32,000 bases of DNA, from contig OY760660.1 in assembly GCA_963663995.1 (NCBI GenBank), positions 180,001-212,000 of the forward strand, written 5' to 3'. Positions 16,336-25,147 of the stretch are shown piece by piece. The stretch comes from Erysipelotrichaceae bacterium. GTDB taxonomy: Bacteria; Bacillota_I; Bacilli_A; Erysipelotrichales; Erysipelotrichaceae. Made by a program: the position numbers and the translations under genes. A model generated the notes under the pieces. That model worked only from the letters and a program-made list of their open reading frames with translations. It was not told the origin of the DNA and made no database searches. The number at the start of each line of letters is the position of its first letter. The stretch's first letter is position 1.

Positions 16336-17661
16336 TTATATTAAACGATATTTTGTCCACTTGTTTGAAAGATAACGATTTCCATAAAGAATGATACGAA
16401 TAAACCAATCCATCAACATCGCAATCCAGATACCATAGACCTCTAGACCAAAGATAAAGGACAAGATGAATGTGAAACCAATACGGAAGACAATCATCGC
16501 AAAGACAGATACGTTCATGGTGAATTTTGAGTCACCAGCTGCTCGTAGAGCATTAGGCAAACCAAAAGGAATTGGCCAGACAAATAAAGCAAAGCCATTA
16601 TGGATGTATATGAGATTTAAAGTAATTGAACTAATCTCTTCGGATAGGTTATATAGTTTTAAAATCAATGGTGCAGAAGCTGTCAAAATAATGATTAAAA
16701 AAGCATTAACGATCCACATCCATTTTAATAACTTTTTAATATAGAAACGTGCTTGTTCATATTCATTTGCACCAACACATTGATCAACTACGGTGACGAT
16801 GATTAAGTTTGTCGCAAGACTAAATGAGATAGATATTGGAATGATAGAATTAGCGATACCATTCGCTGCAATTTGACTTGTCCCAAATCCTGCAATAACA
16901 CTTGCTAAAATGAGTTTCCCAAAAGTTAGTGCACCATTTTCAACACTATTTGGGATAGCGATTTTAACAATCTTTTGAATAATCTCTTTGTGAAATTCAA
17001 ACATATGTTTAATCTCAATATTAAAATGATTATTTGATTTTAAGGATAAATAAAGAACTAATAGGGAAGCAATTGATCGTCCTAAAATGGCTGAGATACC
17101 AAAACCAAAGACACCTGCATGAAAGACATAAATACTTAATGCATTTCCAAAAAAAGTAATGAAGTTCATGATGATTGAGCTAATCATCGGAATTTTAGTA
17201 TTTCCTATAGATCTAAAAATTGCATTACCTGATTGATAAAGGGAATAGAATGGATATGAGAATGCTGATAAGAAGAAATAGAGAGAGGCTGTATTGATGA
17301 CTTCTAATTCGGCTTGTCCAAAAAGTAGATTTATAAAAGGCTTGTTAAAGATAATAAGTATAATCGATATCGTTAAAGAAATAACGATATTAAAACTGTA
17401 AAGTTGAGCCGCACTGTGCTCTGCCAACTCTTTGTTTTTATTCCCAAGGTATTGTGATATAACCACAGAACCACCTGATGCTAAAGCGATGAAGATAAAG
17501 AAAAGAACGGTGTTGGTCATATCGACAAGTGAAACACCAGATAATATATTTGCACCAGCTTGGGCAATCATTAAATTAGATAAAAAGGTAACTAAGAGGA
17601 GTAAGAGCTGATCAACAAATAACGGAAATATCATTCTTCTTAAGTCTTTATTTGTAAACAT
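16336..17661 (-). CDS. MATE family efflux transporter
   Basis: A 441-aa protein with about 12 transmembrane segments and the typical MATE N-terminus (LRRMIFPLFVDQLL). An AAGGAG RBS lies upstream. Confidence 0.88.
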   Translation of the reverse strand: MFTNKDLRRMIFPLFVDQLLLLLVTFLSNLMIAQAGANILSGVSLVDMTNTVLFFIFIALASGGSVVISQYLGNKNKELAEHSAAQLYSFNIVISLTISIILIIFNKPFINLLFGQAELEVINTASLYFFLSAFSYPFYSLYQSGNAIFRSIGNTKIPMISSIIMNFITFFGNALSIYVFHAGVFGFGISAILGRSIASLLVLYLSLKSNNHFNIEIKHMFEFHKEIIQKIVKIAIPNSVENGALTFGKLILASVIAGFGTSQIAANGIANSIIPISISFSLATNLIIVTVVDQCVGANEYEQARFYIKKLLKWMWIVNAFLIIILTASAPLILKLYNLSEEISSITLNLIYIHNGFALFVWPIPFGLPNALRAAGDSKFTMNVSVFAMIVFRIGFTFILSFIFGLEVYGIWIAMLMDWFIRIILYGNRYLSNKWTKYRLI

Positions 17662-17728
17662 CTTTAGAACTCCTTAAATAGACAATGAAATAATCATACA
17701 CTTTTATTATGAAAAAATTTGCCAATTT

Positions 17729-17765
17729 CTTGACTTAGACTTAGGTCCAAGGTTTAAACTATAAT
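17729..17765 (+). promoter_or_regulatory. MerR-type promoter/operator candidate
   Basis: TTGACT (17730-17735), a 19-nt spacer, then TAAACT (17755-17760), overlapped by TAGACT, an 18-nt spacer and TATAAT (17760-17765). The spacer holds an imperfect dyad, CTTGAC...GTCCAAG, and a tandem ACTTAG repeat. Confidence 0.35.
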
Positions 17766-17778
17766 TGAGGTAATAAAT

Positions 17779-18162
17779 ATGACCATAAAAGATGTTGCTG
17801 AAAAATATGATTTAAGCCAAGATACTTTAAGATATTATGAAAAAGTTGGATTAATCCCAAAAGTGAATCGTACGTCTGGTGGTGTACGTGATTATACAGA
17901 TCAAGATTTAGCAAATGTTGAGTTTGTAAAATGCATGCGACAAGCCGGTTTAAGTATCGAAGTATTAGCACGATATATTTCTTTAAGTCAAAAGGGTGAT
18001 AGTACCGTTTTAGAAAGACGTCAAATACTCATTGATGAAAGAGATCGTTTAAAAATGCGCATGGAAGAAATGCAAGAAACTTTAGATCGACTAAATTTTA
18101 AAATTACGAATTATGATCGCGTGCTTCGTGGAGAAGCTCGCTTAAAAAGAGAAGATATTTAA
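17779..18162 (+). CDS. MerR family transcriptional regulator (AdhR/NmlR-like)
   Basis: MerR helix-turn-helix (IKDVAEKYDLSQDTLRYYEKVGLIP) and a coiled-coil dimerisation helix. A single Cys at residue 52 in FVKCMRQAGLS matches the thiol-sensing AdhR/NmlR subgroup as I recall it. Confidence 0.85.
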   Translation: MTIKDVAEKYDLSQDTLRYYEKVGLIPKVNRTSGGVRDYTDQDLANVEFVKCMRQAGLSIEVLARYISLSQKGDSTVLERRQILIDERDRLKMRMEEMQETLDRLNFKITNYDRVLRGEARLKREDI

Positions 18163-18186
18163 AAAGAACCTCAAGGGGTTCTTTCA
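18161..18186. terminator. bidirectional terminator between merR and rpiR
   Basis: AAAGAACC (18163-18170) pairs with GGTTCTTT (18177-18184). It overlaps the last rpiR codons. Confidence 0.6.
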
Positions 18187-19031
18187 TTTTCTAAATCTTC
18201 GTTGGTCACACTGGATTGTTGATGTGCTGTTATTTGCTCATCATAGTGTTTAACAAATAATGCTGATTGTAAGACATCCATAACATAATGGGTTGAAATC
18301 GACGTTGATAAGTTGTGATAATCTAAGCGGCTCATTCGAGAAACAATTCGTATTGTTTCTGTGACTTGTTGATTAAGTGTTCGATTTGAATATCCACTAA
18401 TTGCGATGCTTGGAATATTAAGTGCTTTTAAGCGACGGGCAACATCAATCATTAATGGATTTTCACCTGTTGCGGAAAGGATAATTGCAGCACTTGGAAT
18501 ATTGTGAGTTTTTAAATGGGATAAATGAGTCCATAAAGGTGAACTATAGGCAATCGCATTAATACCAATTTCTTGAAACTTATACTGATAAGTTAAAGCT
18601 AAAGAGAAATTTGCACCTGTACCATATATTCCAACATGTTGTGCTCGTTGAAGAATATTAACGCAACGGACAATTGTTGAACGATCTAAATTACTCTTAG
18701 TCATTTCAATGGTCTTAGCATAAATAGAAGGTAATCGATGAATGATTTCATCAATATTTGTTTCCTTACTAAAAGGTAAATCATTATTATTTTCTTGGAG
18801 TTGAAGCATTTGTGGGTATTCTGAGATATAGGTGTACTTAAAGTCAGAGAAACCACGGGTTCCAGCTTTTTTACATAAACGAACGATGGTTGATGTTGAT
18901 GTAAAGCTAGCTAAAGCTAAATCTGATATTGACATACTTAAAAGATCACGAGGATGGTCAAGTAAATAATTGACTACCGCTTTTTCTTGATAAGTAATAT
19001 TGTTTAGTTCTTTTATTCGATCTAGTAACAT
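18171..19031 (-). CDS. RpiR/MurR family transcriptional regulator (HTH + SIS domain)
   Basis: N-terminal RpiR helix-turn-helix (ISDLALASFTSTSTIVRLCKKAG) and a C-terminal SIS sugar-phosphate-binding domain (VGIYGTGANFSLA...ILSATGE). Confidence 0.85.
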   Translation of the reverse strand: MLLDRIKELNNITYQEKAVVNYLLDHPRDLLSMSISDLALASFTSTSTIVRLCKKAGTRGFSDFKYTYISEYPQMLQLQENNNDLPFSKETNIDEIIHRLPSIYAKTIEMTKSNLDRSTIVRCVNILQRAQHVGIYGTGANFSLALTYQYKFQEIGINAIAYSSPLWTHLSHLKTHNIPSAAIILSATGENPLMIDVARRLKALNIPSIAISGYSNRTLNQQVTETIRIVSRMSRLDYHNLSTSISTHYVMDVLQSALFVKHYDEQITAHQQSSVTNEDLENERTP

Positions 19032-19106
19032 AGGTTCTCCATAATTTTAACAAGTTTACAAAACTTTTCAAAGAATTTTATTTTTTATGAATTATTATTG
19101 AAATAT

Positions 19107-19556
19107 TTAATGATTAAACCAGAGTTTAATTTCTCTTTGTGCATTCTCCGATGAATCAGAAGCATGTATAAGATTATTTAACATACGTTTTTCATTACCA
19201 CTTTTTTCATAGGAATCATTTCCATATTTTCCACGTAAACTTTGTGGGTCTGCATCAACCGGATTTGTTTTACCTAAAAACTCTCTAAAATCATTAACGG
19301 TATTATCTGAATTTGAACTTAAAATCATAATCCAAACTTTCTTGTCGACAAAAGCGTTAAGTATTCGATCTTTAAAATCAGGAATAGGAACACGCTCAAT
19401 AACTTCTTGGTAGTGTTTTAAAATGATTTCTTTTGAAACAATGACTTCTTTTCTTTCTTTGATTTGATATCCATGATCGATGATTTCCTTTAATAAAGTT
19501 GCTTCTAATTGTCTTTCAAAACAATCAGGTTTAAAAATAATAAATGTTTCTGCCAT
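19107..19556 (-). CDS. ndk: nucleoside-diphosphate kinase family protein (divergent)
   Basis: TFIIFKPD N-terminus, and NLIHASDS in place of the canonical NxxHGSDS around the catalytic His. An AAGGAG RBS lies upstream. Confidence 0.7.
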   Translation of the reverse strand: MAETFIIFKPDCFERQLEATLLKEIIDHGYQIKERKEVIVSKEIILKHYQEVIERVPIPDFKDRILNAFVDKKVWIMILSSNSDNTVNDFREFLGKTNPVDADPQSLRGKYGNDSYEKSGNEKRMLNNLIHASDSSENAQREIKLWFNH

Positions 19557-19613
19557 AGTGATGCTCCTTATCTACATGATACACAAGTTTTGATACATCT
19601 CAACTTAGATAAA

Positions 19614-19622
19614 TGATATAAT
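19614..19622 (+). promoter_or_regulatory. extended -10 element upstream of the M23 peptidase gene
   Basis: TGaTATAAT lies 15 nt before the ATG at 19638, predicting a leader of about 9 nt without a Shine-Dalgarno sequence. Confidence 0.35.
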
Positions 19623-19637
19623 CCTTTCCGTAAGATT

Positions 19638-20810
19638 ATGAGTGAAGTTAAGCAAAGAAAACATCGTCGATTAAAAAAACCTATTAGGTTTTTAATAATA
19701 TTTCTAATTCTCTGTGTGATTGGTATTCCATTAGGCTTTGTAGCAGCCTATTTTTATGATGCGACACAAAAAGAAGTCGCTTATCAATTATTGGTCGATG
19801 GTCAAGTTTTATCAACATCTAGTTCAAAAGAAGATTTGGAATTATTACTCAAAGAACATATTAGTACCTATACAAGTGCGACCAGTTTAAAAAGAGTTGA
19901 TGCGATTGTGGGCACAGTTCAAGCTATTGAAATCGTTGAAACTAAAATACCTGAAGGAACATCAGATAGTTTAGAAGAACTTAATTCAAGCATTAATCAA
20001 ATAGAAGAGTCAGCCCGAATCTATACCGTTGTTCAAGGAGATAATCTTTGGAATATCGCAAGAGATAGTGATGTAACTTTATCGCAGATTATAAAATATA
20101 ATCCTTCAATTGATCCAGATCATATCTGGCCAAATGATGAGATTTTATTTGAACCTGAAAATCCAATGATCGATGTATCTGTTCGGTATGAAGAAAAAGT
20201 TGTCGAAGATGTCTTGTATCCAACTGAATATATTTATGATGATTCACTTTTTGTGTCACAAAGAATTGTTGTCCAAAAAGGGGAAATGGGTCGTAAGTTT
20301 GTAACATATGAAGTTGAACAAATTAATGGTTATGAAGAAGATCGCTATATAACCCAAGAGACACAAGTAGTCGCTCCGACTAAAGCGATTGTACGGGTTG
20401 GAACAAAACGCACTTTAGTTCGTGTGTCTAGTTCAAACTTTGGGGTAACAAATGGCCGCTTCACCAGTAGTTATGGCTATCGCATTCATCCAATTACTGG
20501 GGTTAGAACCTTCCACGATGGGATTGATATTGCTGGTCCTACCGGAACAAATGTCTATGCTTATACGGATGGTGTTGTCACCACTGTTGGCTATGATCGT
20601 TATTATGGTCGCTATATTGTGATTAATCATGGTGGTGGTTTAACGACCATCTATAAACATCTTGATTCATACCTTGTAAAACTTGGACAGAATGTTAAAG
20701 TGGGTGATCATATTGGTGAAATGGGGAACACGGGTTTCAGTACGGGTTCACATTTACACTTTGAAGTAAGAGTCAACGGTTCAACACGTAATCCACTTGA
20801 CTATATCTAA
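19638..20810 (+). CDS. membrane-anchored LysM-G5-M23 peptidoglycan endopeptidase
   Basis: An N-terminal transmembrane helix; LysM (YTVVQGDNLWNIARDSDVTLSQIIKYNP); a G5-like segment ending in VRVGTKR; and M23 motifs HDGIDIA and GNTGFSTGSHLHFEV. Confidence 0.85.
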   Translation: MSEVKQRKHRRLKKPIRFLIIFLILCVIGIPLGFVAAYFYDATQKEVAYQLLVDGQVLSTSSSKEDLELLLKEHISTYTSATSLKRVDAIVGTVQAIEIVETKIPEGTSDSLEELNSSINQIEESARIYTVVQGDNLWNIARDSDVTLSQIIKYNPSIDPDHIWPNDEILFEPENPMIDVSVRYEEKVVEDVLYPTEYIYDDSLFVSQRIVVQKGEMGRKFVTYEVEQINGYEEDRYITQETQVVAPTKAIVRVGTKRTLVRVSSSNFGVTNGRFTSSYGYRIHPITGVRTFHDGIDIAGPTGTNVYAYTDGVVTTVGYDRYYGRYIVINHGGGLTTIYKHLDSYLVKLGQNVKVGDHIGEMGNTGFSTGSHLHFEVRVNGSTRNPLDYI

Positions 20811-20814
20811 TCTG

Positions 20815-20843
20815 TTGACCAAAGGCTATTCGATGGCTAAACT
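20815..20843 (+). promoter_or_regulatory. candidate promoter placing +1 within 2 nt of the CDF start codon
   Basis: TTGACC (20815-20820), a 17-nt spacer, then TAAACT (20838-20843). The ATG at 20852 lies 8 nt after the hexamer, and no Shine-Dalgarno sequence is present. Confidence 0.45.
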
Positions 20844-20851
20844 ATACTTTA

Positions 20852-21753
20852 ATGAATAAACAGAGATACCTTACCATTCAAAAAACATTGGCAGCGATAT
20901 TAGGCTTAAACCTTTTAGTTGCCATTTTTAAAATCATCATTGGGACGATAACGCATTCATCTGCTATTTTAGCGGATGGTTTCCATTCAATATCTGATGG
21001 AAGTGGGAATGTGATTGGCTTAGTAGCTATGAAGTTCGCTTCAAACCAGAAGATGAAGATCATCCTTATGGTCATCAAAAAATTGAGATGTTAGGCAGTT
21101 TTATCATTGTTATTATCTTAACGTTCTTAGGTTTTGAAATTATTATGAATGCGATAGATAAATTTTTTCATCCTGTTGACTTAAGTTTTGATCAATTAAG
21201 TTTTGGGGTCATGATTTTTACTTTTATCGTTAATGTCGCAGTTTATAAAAGTGAATTTGCGATTGGGGTTAAAACAAACGCAACTATTTTAAAAGTTGAC
21301 TCCATGCATACTAAAAATGATTTAGTGGTTACCCTTGGGGTTATGGCAAGTATGGTATTGGTTCAATTTGGTTTTCCGATATGGATTGATCCACTTTTAT
21401 CACTCTTTATTGCTTTTTATATCTTTAAAGCTGCTTGGGAAATGTTTAAAGAAGTTTCACCAGTCTTATTAGATGAGCAAGTCTTAACCCATGATGATTT
21501 AGTATTATTACGTGAAAATTTTAAGGAAATAAAAGAGATTCATAAATTAAGATCAAGAGGAACAAGTGATAGTTTGATGGTCGATATGCATGTTGTGATT
21601 GATCCTCAAACATCTGTTTTACTGGCACATGATTTATCTCATAAAATTGAAGATTTTATTGCGAAGCAATATGTAGATAAAAATGTTTCGGTAATTTGCC
21701 ATATTGAACCTTTTGATGAAAATTACGCGCAAGCTAGAAAGAGAAAAACATGA
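20852..21753 (+). pseudogene. cation diffusion facilitator (CDF/CzcD-like) transporter interrupted by a single frameshift
   Basis: ORFs 20852-21094 and 21088-21753 are the N- and C-terminal parts of one CDF protein. The conserved KPEDEDHPYGHQKIEMLGS motif is readable only after shifting frame at the AAA run (21043-21045). The FHSISD and HTKND metal-site motifs are intact. Confidence 0.75.
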
Positions 21754-22391
21754 TTCTAGAAATAATATCAGATTATAGTTGTCCTTTTTGTTATTTAGGA
21801 GAACTAAGACTTCAAAAAGTTTTAAAAGACTTAAATGCAAAAATTGAAATAAAGCATACGAGTTTTCAATTAGATAAATCTGCCCCTAAAACAACAACAC
21901 TTAATGCCTATGAAGCTTTTGCGAATAAATATGAAGTTGATGTTGAAGTCGCCAAACAACAAATGAGACCTTTGGAAGAAAAAGCACATTCGATGAACTG
22001 TGTGATCAACTTCTCAAAAGTTCAACCTACTAATACATTATTAGCTCATCGCTTTGCGAAAGCCTATGAAAACAAAACGAAAGACGCTAGTATTCACCTA
22101 AAACTTTATCAAGCTTATTTTGAAAAGGGCTATAACTTAAGTGATCAAAATGATTTATTTAAAATTGCTCAAGACTGTGGGATAAGCGAAACTGAATTTA
22201 AAGAATTGATTGATGATTCTTCAACACTTGTTGCTTGTTTAAATGATTTTAAATTGAATAAACAAAAACAAGTTCAAGGTATACCACAATTATTCTATAG
22301 AAGTGAACGATTGGTTAGAGGTTTAGTTGAAGAAGAAATCTATAAAGAAAAAATAACTACAGCCTATCTTAAAATGATGGAAAATCAATAA
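21750..22391 (+). CDS. DsbA/FrnE-like thiol-disulfide oxidoreductase
   Basis: A CPFC active site at residues 11-14 in a DsbA-like thioredoxin fold of 213 aa. It has an ATGA overlap with the end of the CDF gene. Confidence 0.75.
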   Translation: MILEIISDYSCPFCYLGELRLQKVLKDLNAKIEIKHTSFQLDKSAPKTTTLNAYEAFANKYEVDVEVAKQQMRPLEEKAHSMNCVINFSKVQPTNTLLAHRFAKAYENKTKDASIHLKLYQAYFEKGYNLSDQNDLFKIAQDCGISETEFKELIDDSSTLVACLNDFKLNKQKQVQGIPQLFYRSERLVRGLVEEEIYKEKITTAYLKMMENQ

Positions 22392-22417
22392 GCGATGTGA
22401 TAAATCGCTTTTTGTTT
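22390..22417 (+). terminator. weak rho-independent terminator
   Basis: AAGCGAT (22390-22396) pairs with ATCGCTT (22404-22410), followed by TTTGTTT. Confidence 0.45.
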
Positions 22418-22444
22418 GCGCTTACATGTTTTACAATAAAAGTA

Positions 22445-23056
22445 ATGAAAGAGATTAAAACCATTCTATTTGATATGGGTAATGTCTTAGTTGATTTTAC
22501 ACCACATCGCTTTTGCGCAGAACTTAGTGATGATTTCAATAAAATTAGTCACTACGCAAATGGTATTTTTTATACACAAGCATGGCTAGATTTAGATAAA
22601 GGTATCATTAGTGAAGATGAAGCTTTGTTTGAATTCTTAAAGAATTTTGACTTAGAAGATCATGAAAATATCAAGAAGATTTTTTATTCTTGGGATGAAT
22701 GGATGCATGAAAAAACAGGAATGTTTGAGATTGTTTCTGCTTTAAAAGAAAAAGGTTATCAATTGATATTAGCTTCTAATGCAGCTGTGCGCTATCACAA
22801 ATATATACATCATCTAAAAATCTTTTCACTTTTCGATCATCTTGTTTATTCTTGTGATTTGAAGTGTTTAAAACCTGATCTTCAGTTTTTTCAAACAATC
22901 ATTCATAACTATCAATTAAATATTAATGATTGTTTTTATATTGATGATAGTTATGCCAATATCAAAGCTGCAGAGAGTTTAGGGATAAAATCTTATCACT
23001 TTATTGGCGATGTGAAATCATTTGAAGAAACATTAAAAATTTTAAAATATCTATAG
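22445..23056 (+). CDS. HAD-superfamily hydrolase (YihX-like subfamily IA)
   Basis: Motif I, ILFDMGNVLVDF, lies right at the N-terminus, as in YihX-type phosphatases. The C-terminal motif is FYIDDS. The GTG at 22397 would add 16 residues that run through the terminator hairpin. Confidence 0.8.
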   Translation: MKEIKTILFDMGNVLVDFTPHRFCAELSDDFNKISHYANGIFYTQAWLDLDKGIISEDEALFEFLKNFDLEDHENIKKIFYSWDEWMHEKTGMFEIVSALKEKGYQLILASNAAVRYHKYIHHLKIFSLFDHLVYSCDLKCLKPDLQFFQTIIHNYQLNINDCFYIDDSYANIKAAESLGIKSYHFIGDVKSFEETLKILKYL

Positions 23057-23065
23057 GAGCCCTTT

Positions 23066-23947
23066 ATGGAAATGTTTGATTATTTATTACCGAGAATGAA
23101 GCTTGAGAAAAAAGCCCGTTTAGCTGTGGCTTGTGCTGCTGATCATGAAGTATTAAGTGCTGTGTTTATGGCAATTAATGAAGGATTGATAGAAGCGACA
23201 TTGGTTGGAGAAAGAGTGATGATTGAATCACTTGCGCATAAATATAAATATGATTTATCACAGTGTAGTATTTTAGACGAAGCTGATAATATCTTGGCTT
23301 GTGAGAAAGCAGTTCGACTTGTGTCTGAAAAAAAAGCAGATTTCTTAATGAAGGGTTTAGTGGATACTAGTATCTTACTTAAAGCTGTTTTAAATAAAGA
23401 ATGGGGCTTAAGAACAGGCAATGTTTTATCACATGTCGCACTTTTTTCTTTAAAACGTGATGAGCGTGTTTATGCGATAACAGATGGGGCAATGAATATT
23501 GCGCCAAGTCTTGATCAAAAACGACAAATTATTGAGAATTCAATTCTAGTTATGCATAAACTTGGTGTTGAAGTACCCAATATCGCTTGTTTAGCGGCGG
23601 TAGAGAAAGTTAATCCTAAAATGGAGGCAACCTTAGATGCCCAAAGTTTAAGTGAAATGACATGGCTTAATGCCCATGTGGATGGACCCTTTGCTTTGGA
23701 TAATGCAATAAGTGTTCATGCAGCTAAGCATAAAGGAATACAAAATGATCGGGCTGGATTTGCGGATGTCTTATTTGTGCCTGATATTGAAGCTGGCAAT
23801 ATTCTCTATAAAGCTGTTTCATTCTTGGCCCATGCATCTGTGGCCGCGTGTATTGCCGGTGCTCAAGCCCCGATTGTATTAACCTCTAGAGCAGATAGCG
23901 ATCAAGCTAAATTTAATTCAATTTGTTTAGCCCTAGCTCTTATCTAA
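23066..23947 (+). CDS. ptb: phosphate butyryltransferase / branched-chain phosphotransacylase
   Basis: A ~293-aa PTA/PTB family protein (DFLMKGLVDT, and AGNILYK). It has an AGGAG RBS and lies directly upstream of buk. Confidence 0.88.
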   Translation: MEMFDYLLPRMKLEKKARLAVACAADHEVLSAVFMAINEGLIEATLVGERVMIESLAHKYKYDLSQCSILDEADNILACEKAVRLVSEKKADFLMKGLVDTSILLKAVLNKEWGLRTGNVLSHVALFSLKRDERVYAITDGAMNIAPSLDQKRQIIENSILVMHKLGVEVPNIACLAAVEKVNPKMEATLDAQSLSEMTWLNAHVDGPFALDNAISVHAAKHKGIQNDRAGFADVLFVPDIEAGNILYKAVSFLAHASVAACIAGAQAPIVLTSRADSDQAKFNSICLALALI

Positions 23948-23951
23948 ACAT

Positions 23952-25016
23952 ATGAAAAAAATATTGATTATCAATTGTGGTTCTACCTCAACTAAATGTG
24001 CTGTTTATCATGATAAGACATCCGTTCTTGATGTCAGTTTACGTCACTCACATGATGATTTAAGGGCTTTTTCACGCATTGCTGATCAATTAGATTATCG
24101 ACAAGAAAAAATTGAAAAATGGTTAAGTGAAAATAATGAAAGCTTAAAATCTTTTGATTTATTTGTCAGTCGTGGGGCACTCATGAAACCAATGGAGAGT
24201 GGTATCTATGCAGTTGAGGCATCGATGTTAGATGATTTAATCAATGAAACCTATGCAAGTCATGCGAGTAATCTTGGTTTGTTAATCGTTTATAAGTGGG
24301 CTCAAGAATTTCATAAAGAAGCGATATTTCTAAATCCACCATCAACCGATGAATTACAAGTTTTAGCTCGCTATACGGGTATTAAAGGCATACAAAGAAG
24401 ATGTGCATTTCATGCCTTAAATCAAAAACAGATTGCTTTAGATTATGCAGAACAAATAAATAAAACGGTGAATGATTTAAAACTAATTGTTGTTCATTTA
24501 GGTGGTGGTATTTCAGTCGGTGCACATCAATATGGAAGAATAATTGATGTGACTAATGCATTAGATGGCGAAGGCTGTATGTCAGCAGAGCGCTCAGGTG
24601 GACTCAGTGCGCGTAATATAATCCAACTTTATAAAGATTTAAATTATGATGATCATCAATTTTTTAAACTGATTGCCGGTGAGGGAGGTCTGGTTTCTCA
24701 TTGTGGGACAAGTGATGTGAAAGCTCTTTTAGTGAAGGCTGAAACGGATACTCAGACAAAAGAACTTATTGATGCGATGATTTATCAAATCGCTAAAGAG
24801 ATAGGGGCAATGGCAACTGTACTTGGACAAGATATCGATGCGATTTTAATGACGGGTGGTTTAGCATACTCAGAAGTTTTAGTAAATGAATTAAGTCAAA
24901 AAGTTTCTTGGATTGCACCAGTTCATGTGTTTGCTGGGGAAGATGAAATGCGTGCTTTAGCTCTAGGAGCAAATCGCTTCCTGTATAAAGAAGAGTCTTT
25001 AAAAATCTATAAATAA
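23952..25016 (+). CDS. buk: butyrate / branched-chain fatty acid kinase
   Basis: ILIINCGSTSTKCAVY N-terminus and the acetate/butyrate kinase family core (HASNLG, HLGGGISVGAH). Length is 354 aa. Confidence 0.9.
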   Translation: MKKILIINCGSTSTKCAVYHDKTSVLDVSLRHSHDDLRAFSRIADQLDYRQEKIEKWLSENNESLKSFDLFVSRGALMKPMESGIYAVEASMLDDLINETYASHASNLGLLIVYKWAQEFHKEAIFLNPPSTDELQVLARYTGIKGIQRRCAFHALNQKQIALDYAEQINKTVNDLKLIVVHLGGGISVGAHQYGRIIDVTNALDGEGCMSAERSGGLSARNIIQLYKDLNYDDHQFFKLIAGEGGLVSHCGTSDVKALLVKAETDTQTKELIDAMIYQIAKEIGAMATVLGQDIDAILMTGGLAYSEVLVNELSQKVSWIAPVHVFAGEDEMRALALGANRFLYKEESLKIYK

Positions 25017-25026
25017 CTGAAAACGC

Positions 25027-25055
25027 TTACAGTTTTTTAGCTTTAGGTCTATAAT
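25027..25055 (+). promoter_or_regulatory. candidate promoter of the ldh-oxidoreductase operon
   Basis: TTACAG (25027-25032), a 17-nt spacer, then TATAAT (25050-25055). Confidence 0.4.
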
Positions 25056-25065
25056 GGAATTAGGC

Positions 25066-25147
25066 AAAAGAATGAATGACTTTACGATCAAAGACAAAAG
25101 TTGCGATGTAACCCAGTCTTTTTAGAGTAAATCTTCATTCTTTTTTT
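25066..25147 (+). promoter_or_regulatory. structured 5' leader with nested terminator-like hairpins (possible attenuator)
   Basis: AAAAGAATGAA (25066-25076) is perfectly complementary to TTCATTCTTTT (25134-25144), which runs into a T7 tract. Inside it, GACTTTAC (25078-25085) pairs with GTAAcccAGTC (25108-25118), followed by T5. Confidence 0.35.

Noticed and set aside
16466-17971. ORFs 16466-16744 (+) and 17759-17971 (-).
   Set aside because: They are antisense to the MATE transporter and the MerR regulator respectively, with no independent support.
21041-21050. Programmed ribosomal frameshifting in the CDF gene.
   Set aside because: There is no X-XXY-YYZ slippery heptamer and no obvious downstream stimulatory structure. 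A single-base indel in the A-run is the simpler explanation.
20089-21840. Minus-strand ORFs 20089-20307, 20433-20630, 20878-21078 and 21634-21840.
   Set aside because: All are antisense to the M23 peptidase, CDF or DsbA-like genes and show no recognisable domains.
25005-25032. A CodY-box-like sequence around AATAACTGAAAACGC.
   Set aside because: It has about 5 mismatches to the 15-nt AATTTTCWGAAAATT consensus. In sequence this AT-rich, that is not distinguishable from chance.
25054-25125. A small ORF in the ldh leader (MELGKRMNDFTIKDKSCDVTQSF, or the 17-aa version starting at 25072), considered as a possible leader peptide.
   Set aside because: It has no run of Leu, Ile or Val codons and only a weak AGG upstream. 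The first ATG overlaps the -10 box. It is not convincing as a classical attenuation peptide.
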